A stretch of 64,000 nt of DNA from an uncultured Chloroflexia bacterium. Its GTDB lineage: Bacteria; Chloroflexota; Limnocylindria; Limnocylindrales; CSP1-4. The stretch covers positions 14,301 through 78,300 of the forward strand of contig CAVOMZ010000009.1 in assembly GCA_963697135.1 (NCBI GenBank), given 5' to 3'. The position numbers and the translations under genes were made by a program. The notes under the pieces are model-generated. The model was not told the origin of the DNA and made no database searches. It was given only the letters and a program-made list of their open reading frames with translations. Positions within the stretch are counted from its first letter, which is position 1, and each line of letters opens with the position of its first letter. Positions 40,033 to 48,810 of the stretch are shown piece after piece.

Positions 40033-41310
40033 CTACGGGTATAGGCCGCGCATCGCCGTGGCGTCGGCGACCCGCTGGACGGCCAGCAGGTAGGCCGCGG
40101 TCCGCATGTTGACGTTCTCGCGCAGGCTCATCGTCAGGCAATCCTTGAATGCCTTGACCATGATCCCCTTCAGCTTGTGGTTGACCTCGGCCTCGTCCCA
40201 GAAGTCGCGGTTCAGGTCCTGGACCCACTCGAAGTAGCTGACGGTCACGCCGCCGGCGTTGCACAGGATGTCGGGGATCTGGAAGACCCCGTTGTCGTAG
40301 AGGATCACGTCAGCTTCCGGGGTGGTCGGGCCGTTGGCCGCCTCGGCCACCAGCTTGGCCTTGATCTTGCCGGCGTTGCGCTCGGTGATCTGGCCTTCGA
40401 GGGCGGCCGGGATCAGGATGTCGCAGGGCACCTCGAGCAGGGCCGCGTTCGTGATGTCGCTGGCTCCCGGAAAGCCCTGGACGGTGCCGTGCTCGGCCTT
40501 CCAGGCAATGACCTTGGCCACGTCGAGGCCGCTCGGGTCATGGATCCCGCCGATCGAGTCGCTGACCGCGACGACGGTCGAGCCCTCCTCGGCGATCAGC
40601 CGGGCGGCGATCGAGCCGGCATTGCCGAAGCCCTGGACCGCGACCGTCGCCTTCTTCAGGTCGAGGTCGAGGTGCCGGGCGGCCTCGACGATGCAGAAGA
40701 CCGTGCCCCGGGCGGTCGCCTCGTTGCGGCCCTCTGAGCCGCCCAGCGGGATCGGCTTGCCGGTCACCACGCCGGGCACGGTGTAGCCGACGTGCATCGA
40801 GTACGTGTCCATGATCCAGGCCATCGTCTGGCTGTTCGTGTTCACGTCCGGCGCCGGGATGTCCTTCTCGGGCCCGATGATGATGCTGATCTCGGTCGCG
40901 TAGCGCCGGGTCAGGCCCTCCAGCTCGCGCTGCGAAAGCTGCTTGGGATCGACGATCACGCCGCCCTTGCCGCCGCCGTAGGGGATGCCAACCACGGCGC
41001 ACTTCCAGGTCATCCACATGGCGAGGGCCTTGACCTCGTCGAGGGTGACTCCCTGGTGGTACCGGATTCCACCCTTGGCCGGGCCGCGGCCGAGGTTGTG
41101 CTGGACCCGGTAGCCGGTGAAGACCTGGACGTTGCCGTCATCCATCTTCACCGGGAAGTGGACGATGAGCTCGCGACGGGGCTCCCGAAGGACCTGGCGG
41201 AGGCCCGGATCGAGGTTCAGCCGCTCGGCCGCGAGGTCGAACTGCTGCTGAGCCACGTGCCACGGATTGCTCGCCGCGGAGGTGGCTCCGGCGGCCTGTG
41301 CGGTTGCCAT
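40033..41310 (-). CDS. gdhA: Glu/Leu/Phe/Val-family dehydrogenase, most likely glutamate dehydrogenase
   Basis: MATAQAAG...GPAKGGIRYH...GIPYGGGKGG...VQGFGNAGS...NAGGVTVSYFEWVQ lies in ORF 40033..41484. A GGAGG precedes ATG 41310. Confidence 0.95.
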   Translation of the reverse strand: MATAQAAGATSAASNPWHVAQQQFDLAAERLNLDPGLRQVLREPRRELIVHFPVKMDDGNVQVFTGYRVQHNLGRGPAKGGIRYHQGVTLDEVKALAMWMTWKCAVVGIPYGGGKGGVIVDPKQLSQRELEGLTRRYATEISIIIGPEKDIPAPDVNTNSQTMAWIMDTYSMHVGYTVPGVVTGKPIPLGGSEGRNEATARGTVFCIVEAARHLDLDLKKATVAVQGFGNAGSIAARLIAEEGSTVVAVSDSIGGIHDPSGLDVAKVIAWKAEHGTVQGFPGASDITNAALLEVPCDILIPAALEGQITERNAGKIKAKLVAEAANGPTTPEADVILYDNGVFQIPDILCNAGGVTVSYFEWVQDLNRDFWDEAEVNHKLKGIMVKAFKDCLTMSLRENVNMRTAAYLLAVQRVADATAMRGLYP

Positions 41311-41541
41311 GAAGTGCGTGGTCCTCCGTTCCGGCCGAGCGCGCCTGGGCGTGCTCGAGCCGAACTGTGCGGGTCGTCTCCCGGACGTCCCAACGGTCAG
41401 CGAGAACGGCCTGAAGCCGTTCATCGCACTGGAAATCGGCCTGAGTATAGCCCGGCCCGGCCCCGGGTCGCTACCAATCCGCAACCTGACCGCAACCGGT
41501 GGTGCGGCCGGGCCACGACCGGCCTCGGGGGATGACCGGCC

Positions 41542-42395
41542 TCAGGCCCGCCGGAAGAGCATCGCCGCGCCGAGCGCGCCCGGCCCGAGGTGCGGCCCGA
41601 TCGAGGGGCCGATCACGGCCGTCTCCACCTCGGGCACGTCCAGGCTGCCCGCCCGGGCAAGGACCGCCGCCCGGAACTCGTCGAGGTCGGGGCTGATGCT
41701 GTGGAAGACGGCCAGGCGCTCGATCGGGCGAGCCGTGATGAACTCGATCGCCCGCTCGCGAGCCTTGCCCCGGGTCCGGACCTGGTCGATCTTGTCGACC
41801 TTGCCGCCGTGGATCGCGATGATCGGCTTGACGCTCAGGAGCGTCCCGATCACGGCGCTCGGTCCGCTGATCCGGCCGCCCCGCCGGAGATACTCGAGGG
41901 TGTCGAGGCAGACGATCGCCTCGACGTCCCGGGAGCGTTCGGCGACCTCGGCCGCGATCTCTGCGCCCGACCGGCCGGTCTTGGCCAGATCGCTGGCAAG
42001 CATCGCCAGGAGGCCGATCCCGAAGGCCGCAGTGTCCGAGTCGACGACGTGGATCTCGCGCTCGGGCAGCATCTCCCGGGCGAGGGTCGCCGACTTGAAC
42101 GTGCCGGACAGGCTGGCCGCGACGTTGATGCAGACGACGGACTCGGCTCCCGCCGCTGAAGGCCGCCTCGAAGACATCCCGGAAGGCAACCGGGCTGGCC
42201 GCCGCCGTCTTGGGGAACGGCGCGTCGGGCGCGGTCATCCGCTCCCAGAACGCCTCGGCGCGACAGGTCGACCCCGGCCTTGAACTCCTAGTCGCCGAAC
42301 GAGACGAGGAGGGGCACGACGGCGATTCCGAGCTCGCTTCCGCGCTCGGGCGACAGGTCGCTGGCGGAGTCGGTGACGATCGCAACCCGGCTCAT
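41542..42395 (-). CDS. degV: DegV-family fatty-acid-binding protein; 2 frame changes and one in-frame TAG
   Basis: MSRVAIVTDSASDL...VSFGD*EFKAGVDL was hand-read from ATG 42395. FWERMTAPDAPFPKTAAASP is in ORF 41471..42385. CINVAASLSGTF...VCLDTLEYLRRGGRI is in ORF 41542..42189. Confidence 0.85.
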
Positions 42396-42405
42396 GGACG
42401 GTCCC

Positions 42406-43730
42406 TCATGTCGGTTCGGCGGCCGGCTGGCCGATCAGGTGCTCGACCTCGCGGAGGCGGGCCAGGGGGATGAGCGCGATGACCAGGAGGACGAGCGTCC
42501 CGACCAGGAGCCCGTCGATCCCGCCGATCCGGGCGGCTTCGCCGCCGAGCAGGCTGCCGGCAATCTGGCCGATGCCGAGGAAGACCGAATAGAGGCCCAT
42601 GATCGCGCCCCGATCGCGGGGATAGGCCTCGGATACGTCGGCCAGCATGCCCAGGGCGGCCGGAGTCGCCCCGGCCAGGACGAACAGGCCGCCGATCACG
42701 ACCACGGCCGGCAGGAGCCGGGAGATCGACGGCCAGTCGAGGCTGTGGTTGATCACGGCCACGGCCCCGATCACGGCCATGCCGCCGAGGATCCCGAAGA
42801 AGATGATCGAGGTCCTTCGATAGCGCTTGAAGCGATTGCCCCAGAAGATCAGGCCGGCGAAGAACACGACCAGGCCAAGGGCCAGGCCAATGCTGATCTC
42901 GGTCGGCTGAAAGTGGCCCATCAGCCACTGGTTCGTCGAACTCCGGCGACGGCTTCTGGGTGAGCTGGAAGAGCGACTGGTTGGTCCAGATCCCGAGGGC
43001 CGCGTTGATCGCGATCCAGGTCGGAGCGAGGAGCCAGACGTGGCTGCTGCCGCAGGATCCGGAGGTAGCGCTGGAGGCCGCCGTGGTCGGCCTGGCGCAG
43101 CTTCGTGACGTCCTCCCGGAAGATGACCCCGTAGCGATAGATCAGAAACGAGACCGCGTAGAGGGCGGCGTTGATGAAGAACGCGTTGACCCCGAACCGG
43201 TCGATCAGCAGGCCGGCCAGGACGATCCCGAAGCCGAGCCCGGCCAGGGTCGCCCCCTCGAAGCGGGCCGAGGCCCGGCCCCGGGCCAGCTCATTGCCGG
43301 CCGTGGCCATGGCGATGAAGCCCAGGATCGAGGGGACCGAGGCGGCCGTCGAGAGGCCGGCCAGGACCCGCGTTCCGGCCAGGACCGGGATGGCGATCGT
43401 GAGCCCCGTGATCACCACCGCGACGAACCCGAAGAACGGCCCGAGCTGCATCAGCCGGTGGTGGCCGTAGCGGTCGGAGAGGATCCCGAAGACGGGCGAC
43501 ATGACGAGCTCGGACACGTAGAACAGCGCGGCCAGGATGCCGATCGTGGCCGGGTCGATCCGGAATCCGCCAACCCGCTCGAAGTGGGCCAGGTGATAGG
43601 TCAGCAGGGCGCCCGTCAGGCCGGTGCTCAGGCGCAGGGTGAACGTGCCCCACAGGACGGCCGTCATCGAGCGTCCGGTCGGGTCCGCCTGGTTCGGCGA
43701 CGAGGCAGCCTGGGCTGGGGCCGTGTCCAT
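42406..43730 (-). CDS. MFS transporter; about 2 frame changes
   Basis: ORFs 42921..43793 (MDTAPAQ...GILSDRYGHHRLM...) and 42406..42921 carry 12-TM-like hydrophobic periodicity. Confidence 0.8.
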
Positions 43731-43738
43731 GCGCGGCA

Positions 43739-43744
43739 AGCCTA
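43739..43744 (-). promoter_or_regulatory. -10 box TAGGCT 8 nt before the MFS ATG (leaderless)
   Basis: The minus strand reads cttgTAGGCTtgccgcgcATG. Confidence 0.35.
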
Positions 43745-43778
43745 CAAGGCGCCGGGCAGCCGCGAGGCCCCGGCCGGG

Positions 43779-43784
43779 TAGACT
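43779..43784 (+). promoter_or_regulatory. -10 box TAGACT 7 nt before the ggt ATG (leaderless)
   Basis: The sequence is gggTAGACTcggggccATG, with no Shine-Dalgarno. Confidence 0.4.
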
Positions 43785-43791
43785 CGGGGCC

Positions 43792-45441
43792 ATGCTCGAT
43801 CGACCGCTCGTCCCGGCCTTCCTTGCTCGGGGCAGTCACGGGGCGGTGGTCGCGCCCCATCACCTCGCCTCGACCGCGGGCCTGGCGATCCTGCGCGCCG
43901 GCGGCAGCGCGGTCGATGCGGCGATCGCCACGAATGCCGTCCTGGCCGTCGTTGACAACGAGGCATGCGGGATCGGCGGCGATGCCTTCTGGCTGATCTG
44001 GGATGCAGCGCACAGGCGCCAGCTCGGCCTGAACGGCAGCGGACGCTCCGCCCGGACCGCCAGCGCCGCGGCTCTCCGGGCCAGGGGTGTCCGGACGATG
44101 CCCCACCGCGGCGGCCTGTCGATCACGGTTCCCGGGGCCGTCCGGTCCTGGGGCGATGCTCACGACCGCTTCGGGCGGCTTGATCGAGCCAGCCTGCTGG
44201 CCCCGGCGATCGAGATGGCCCAGGACGGCTTCCCGGCCGACGAGGCGTTCGTCCGCGCGGTCGAGGTCAGCGCATCGGTCTTCGAACGCGAGCTCGGTCC
44301 GGAGGCGGCCGGCTGGAGCTCGATCTACCGGCCCGGCCGGCCGGCCCTGGCGGCTCGGCGAGCGGGTCCGCCTGCCGGCCCTGGCCGGAACCCTCGGACG
44401 GATCGCCGCCGAGGGCTGGGCGCGCTCTACGAGGGCGAGCTCGCCGAGCGCCAGGCGACGGCCCTGGCTGCCGCCGGCTCGGAGATCAGGCGGCCGACCT
44501 GGGCGAGCATCGCTCGACCTGGACCGAGCCGATCGCGACGGACTACCGGGGCGTCCGGGTGACGGGCCATCCCCCGAACAGCTCGGGCCTGGTCGCCCTC
44601 GAGCTGCTCAATATCCTCGAGCAGTTCGAGCCGCCCGGCCGAGACCCTGGCCTCGCAGGTCCGCTGGGCCCATCTCGGGATCGAGGCCTCGAAGCTGGTC
44701 ATGGCCGACCGCGATGCCCACCTGGCGGATCCCGAGGCGCAGCCGGCGCCGCTCGACCGACTGCTCGACAAGGGCTATGCCCGGCGAGCTGGCCGGCCGG
44801 ATCGACCCCGCCCGGGCGGCCCGCCGGCGCCCGCCAGGCTGCCGCGCGGCGGGGGCACGATCTGGCTCGGCGTGGTCGATGCGGCGGGCAACGCGGTCAG
44901 CCTGATCGAGAGCAACTACGCCGGCTTCGGCTCGGGGATCGTCGATCCGGTGACCGGGATCGCCTACCAGAACCGGGGCTCGTACTTCAGCCTCGACGAG
45001 GATCATCCGAACGTGCTCGGCCCGTCCCGCCGGGTCCTCCACACCCTGATGCCCGGGATGCTCTTCCGGGACGGCCGGCCGTGGATCGTGCATCGGCTCG
45101 ATGGGCGGCGATGCCCAGCCGCAGGTCCACGCCCAGGTCGTCTCGGCGCTCGTCGACGGCCGAGCCGACGTGGCCACGGCGGTCGCCCGTCCGCGCTGGT
45201 TCGTCGAACCCGACGGATCACTACGCCCCGCCGGACACGGTCCGGATCGAGCCGCGCTTCGCGGCGGGTCTCCTCGAGGGGCTCGTCGAGCTGGGCCACC
45301 GGCTCGTCCCGGTCGAGCCGTTCGACGGCGCGCTCGGCCATTGCCACGCGATCGAGCTGGTCGACGGCGGACCCGCCGAGGGCGGCAGCCTGGCCGCTGC
45401 CACCGATCCCCGCAGCCAGGGCCTGCCCGGCGACCTGGTAG
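43792..45441 (+). CDS. ggt: gamma-glutamyltranspeptidase; about 5 frame changes; 3' end is either 45441 or 45497
   Basis: Pieces are MLDRPLV...GGSAVDAAIATNAVLAVV (ORF 43624..44562), GGTIWLGVVDAAGNAVSLIESNYAGFGSGIV (ORF 44701..45441), MGGDAQPQ and HAIELV...ATDPRS. Confidence 0.85.
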
Positions 45442-45515
45442 GGCGCCGGCCCCGTCTGTCGCGCCCCGGCCCACGCGGGTCGGGCGGCGGTGCCTGACCG
45501 GGCCGCCGGCCTCGG

Positions 45516-45521
45516 TATACT
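45516..45521 (+). promoter_or_regulatory. -10 box TATACT 6 nt before GTG 45528 (leaderless)
   Basis: The sequence is ggTATACTcgggtcGTG. Confidence 0.4.
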
Positions 45522-45527
45522 CGGGTC

Positions 45528-45817
45528 GTGACCTCGAACGTCGGCCAGAACTATCCCTATTCGAGCGAGACCGAGGCGGACCGGGCGGCCACGATCGCCC
45601 GGCTCGTCGGGCAACGCGAGGGGCTCGCCGCCAAGGTCGCGGCGGAGACGACCCCGGTTGACCCGGCCGATCCGGGCCATCTGGCGGTCGCTGGTGGGTC
45701 TACAAGTGCCCGACCCCGGGCTGCCCAGGGCTCCTCCACGTCGCGGGCTTCGCCCACGACCTGCACGCCGTCTACGTCGTGTGCGACGGGACCTGCGCCA
45801 AGACCTTCCTGCGCTGA
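45528..45817 (+). CDS. small hypothetical protein with a C-terminal Cys/His cluster; 1 frame change
   Basis: The N-terminus VTSNVGQNYPYSSETEADRAATIARLV is in ORF 45528..46199. The hand-read tail WVYKCPTPGCPGLLHVAGFAHDLHAVYVVCDGTCAKTFLR runs to TGA 45815-45817. Confidence 0.45.
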
Positions 45818-45849
45818 CCGAAGCGGTCCGTCCGGCGGGAGGCGGCCCG

Positions 45850-46664
45850 CCGGGCCCGCCCCGATCGAGCCGGCCGAGCTGAAGGCCGCCCGGCGACAGC
45901 TGGCCGTCGACGCGACCGGTCTCGTCGCCTCGAGCTTCGGCTTCGGCCTCGTCTTCGGCCTGACCGCCCGGTCGGCCGGGTTCTCCCCGATCGAGGCGAT
46001 CGCCTTCTCGGTGATCGTCTTCGCCGGGGCCAGCCAGTTCGCCGCGGCCGGGATGGTCGCGGCCGGCTTCGCCTGGCCCGCGATCGTCGTCCTGACCGCC
46101 CTGGTCAACGCCCGCCACCTGCTCTACTCGGCCGCCCTGGCGCCCTGGCTCCGGGGCCAGTCGCTGGCCAGCGCGGATCGTCGATGGCCCACCTCCTGAC
46201 CGACGAGGCGTTCGCCCTGACCAGCGTCCACTTCCGGCGCCTCGGGCGGGCCGACCCGACCGGCTACTGGATCGCCGCGATCGGCTCGACCTTCATCCCC
46301 TGGAACCTGGCCACGATCCTCGGGGTGTACGGCGGCCAGTTCATCCCCGACCCGAAGGTCCTCGGCCTCGACGTGATCTTCCCGGCCGCGATGGCCGGCC
46401 TGGCGGTCGGCCTGTCGAGCGGCCGGCGGGACGCCGTCGCGGCGGCGACCGGGGTGATCTGTGCCGTGGTCATCGGCCTGCTCTGGGACAGCCGGCTGGG
46501 GATCGTCGTCGGCGGGGTCGTCGGGCCGCTCGTCGGGCTGGCCATTCCAGCCGGACCAGCGGCCGGCGGGACGGGCTCGGGCACGCCGACGAGGTGCCCG
46601 CCGACCCCCGGCTCGATCCCCTCGAAGCGGTCGAGCGGAGATCGAGGACGGGCTGCCGTCATGA
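45850..46664 (+). CDS. azlC: AzlC-family branched-chain amino acid permease subunit; frame changes; boundaries approximate
   Basis: FGFGLVFGLTARSAGFSPIEAIAFSVIVFAGASQFAAAGM is in ORF 45528..46199. LLTDEAFALT...IFPAAMAGLAVG is in ORF 46184..47212. Confidence 0.75.
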
Positions 46665-47000
46665 CCACGAACCTCGTCGGCCTGGCCCTCCTGATGGCCC
46701 TGGTGACGTATCCCAGCCGGGCGATCCCGCTGCTTGCCCCGGGCTTCGACCGGCTCCCGCCGCGGGTCCTCGAATACCTCCGGCTGGTCGGCCCGGCGGT
46801 CCTCGCGGCGATCGCCGCGGCGAACATCTTCCTCGTCCCGTCGGCCAGCGGCTCGGGCTCGGTCTTCTCGATCGACATCGAGCTGCTGGCCGTGCTGGCC
46901 TGCGTCGCTGATCGTCGCCTGGCGGCGGAACCTGTTGCTCGGCCTGATCGTGGCCGTCGTGATCGTGGCCGGCGCCCGGGCCGTCGGCCTGGCCGCCTGA
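46661..47000 (+). CDS. azlD: AzlD-family protein; 1 frame change
   Basis: MTTNLVGLALLMALVTYPSRAIPLL starts at ATG 46661. The C-terminus LLLGLIVAVVIVAGA is in ORF 46734..47000. Confidence 0.75.
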
Positions 47001-47055
47001 GCCGGCCCCGAAGCAGACCCGCAGTCGCTGGCTGCCCGACTGAGGGCCCGGCCGG

Positions 47056-47454
47056 TCAGCCGTCGCGGACGGCGTCGGCCTCGATCTCGACCAGGAGCGA
47101 GCGGTCGATCAGGGCCCGGACCTCGACGATCGTGGCTGCCGGTCCGATCGGCCCGAAGCGCTCGCCGAGGACCTCGAGGACCGCCGTGCTCCGCGTCATG
47201 TCGGTCGTGTAGATCCGGATCCGGACGACGTCGTCGCGGGCGAAGCCCGCCTCGTGGAGCGCCGCGTCGATGATGTCGAGCGCGGCCCGGGCCTGGGCCG
47301 CGGGATCGCCCGGGTGGAGCGATCGGCCGTCGGGTCCGGCGTCGGTCGTGCCCGACACCCAGCAGGCGTGGTCCACGACGAGCGCCCGGCTGTAGCCGTA
47401 GCGGGCCTCGTACGGCCCGCCCGACGAGATCCGGCGCCGCTCCATCCTGGCCAT
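47056..47454 (-). CDS. RidA/YjgF-family protein
   Basis: MARMERRRISSGGPYEARYGYSRALVV...VRIRIYTTD...IVEVRALIDRSLLVEIEADAV is the C-terminal part of ORF 47056..48153. Confidence 0.85.
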   Translation of the reverse strand: MARMERRRISSGGPYEARYGYSRALVVDHACWVSGTTDAGPDGRSLHPGDPAAQARAALDIIDAALHEAGFARDDVVRIRIYTTDMTRSTAVLEVLGERFGPIGPAATIVEVRALIDRSLLVEIEADAVRDG

Positions 47455-47480
47455 CCCGGCGCCGTCCGATCCCGTCCGAT

Positions 47481-48766
47481 TCAGGCCCTGCCCGCCCGCC
47501 ACGAGCCGACGAGCGGGTCGCGGCCGGTGGCCAGGAGCAGGCCGGCCAGGAGGGTCGTCCGGGGCACGATCGAATCGACCTCGAGGTATTCGGCCGGCGA
47601 ATGGTCGTTGCCGCCGATCGGTCCGAGGCCGTCGATCGAGGGGACGCCCAGGCCGGCCGTCGTGTTGGCATCCGAGGCGCCGCCGGTCGCCGCGTCGGCC
47701 AGCTCGAAGCCCAGCCGGCCCGCGATGGCCTGGGCATGCTCGACCAGGCGGCCGCTCCGTTCGAGCTTCTCCATCGGCCAGTGGCGAGCAGTCTCCTCGA
47801 CCGTCACGCTCGTGTCCGGGCACGGGCGTCCGACGCGGCGGCTGCCCGAACGGCCGCCTCGGCCGCCTCGAGCCGCTGCCCGGGTCGCGGCCCGGACGTC
47901 GACCTCGATGACCGCCTCCTCGGCGACGACGTTCGGGCGGGTCCCGCCCCGGATCACCCCGACGTTCAGGGTGACCCCCGGCCAGCGCCCGTTGAGGGCC
48001 TGCAGCTCGATCACCAGGTGGGCCGCGGCGAGGATCGCGTTGCGGCCCTTCTCGGGCTCGACCCCGGCGTGGGCCGCCCGGCCGTGGACGGTCAGGCGCA
48101 GGTCGACCGTGCCCTTGCGGGCCGACACGATGTCGCCGTTCGCCCGGGCGCATTCCAGGACGAAGCAGACGTCCGACGATTCGGCCAGCTCGCGGATGAC
48201 CGGGCTGCTCGAGATCGAGCCGATCTCCTCGTCGGGATTGGCCACGAAGACGAGCCGCTCGAAGGGCAGGGCCGCATCCCCGGTGCCCCCCGTCTCGCCC
48301 GGCGACGCCCGGATCGGTCCCTCGCCGACTCGCCCACGGCCAGCAGGGCGAGGATCGCGTACAGGCCGGCCAGCAGGCCGCCCTTCATGTCGGTGACGCC
48401 GGGCCCATGGGCGATCCCGTCCTCGATCCGGAGCGGCCGGGCGGCGGCGGTGCCCTCCGGGAAGACCGTGTCGAGGTGGCCGATGAGGAGCGCCCGGGGA
48501 CCACCTTTGGGGCCCTGGAACGTGCCCACGACCGTGTTGCCGAGGGTCGCGTGGGCGTGGATCTCGACCTGGGCCCCGAGCCGCTCGAGGAAGGCCGCGG
48601 TCCAGGCGCCGACCTCGTCGACGCCGGCCTTCGTGTAGCTGCCGCAGTCGACGTTGACGAGCGTGGCCAGGTCATCGAGGTAGGCCGGCAGCTCCTCGCG
48701 GACGATCTTCTCGATCTCGTCGAGCTCGCCCGGGGAGACCGCCGGCGCCGGGCGAGTGCAGGTCAT
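47481..48766 (-). CDS. M20-family metallopeptidase (carboxypeptidase G2-like); about 3 frame changes
   Basis: LLIGHLDTVFPEG...GPGVTDMKGG is in ORF 48092..48766. NPDEEIGS...ARKG...HGRAAHAG...GGASDAN is in ORF 47481..48245. Confidence 0.85.
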
Positions 48767-48776
48767 CCATACCGGC

Positions 48777-48782
48777 AGTCTA
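48777..48782 (-). promoter_or_regulatory. -10 box TAGACT 10 nt before the M20 ATG
   Basis: The minus strand reads gcggTAGACTgccggtatggATG. Confidence 0.3.
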
Positions 48783-48794
48783 CCGCGGCCTTGC

Positions 48795-48800
48795 TAGACT
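48795..48800 (+). promoter_or_regulatory. -10 box TAGACT 10 nt before GTG 48811
   Basis: The sequence is ttgcTAGACTccccggcactGTG. Confidence 0.3.
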
Positions 48801-48810
48801 CCCCGGCACT

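Noticed and set aside
41311-41541. A possible riboswitch in the region upstream of gdh (a TATACT box about 130 nt from the ATG).
   Set aside because: I could not recognise any known riboswitch core (for example the glutamine or glycine motifs). No acceptable -35 sits at the right spacing. It is too speculative to report as a feature.
199-46664. Using the ATGA tetranucleotide at stop-less junctions (199, 5518, 21260, 34934, 46661) as proof that the upstream gene really ends in the +1 frame.
   Set aside because: An A after ATG simply reflects common second codons (Ser, Thr, Ile). The motif alone cannot distinguish a lost overlap from a true fusion, so I kept these as open questions rather than calls.
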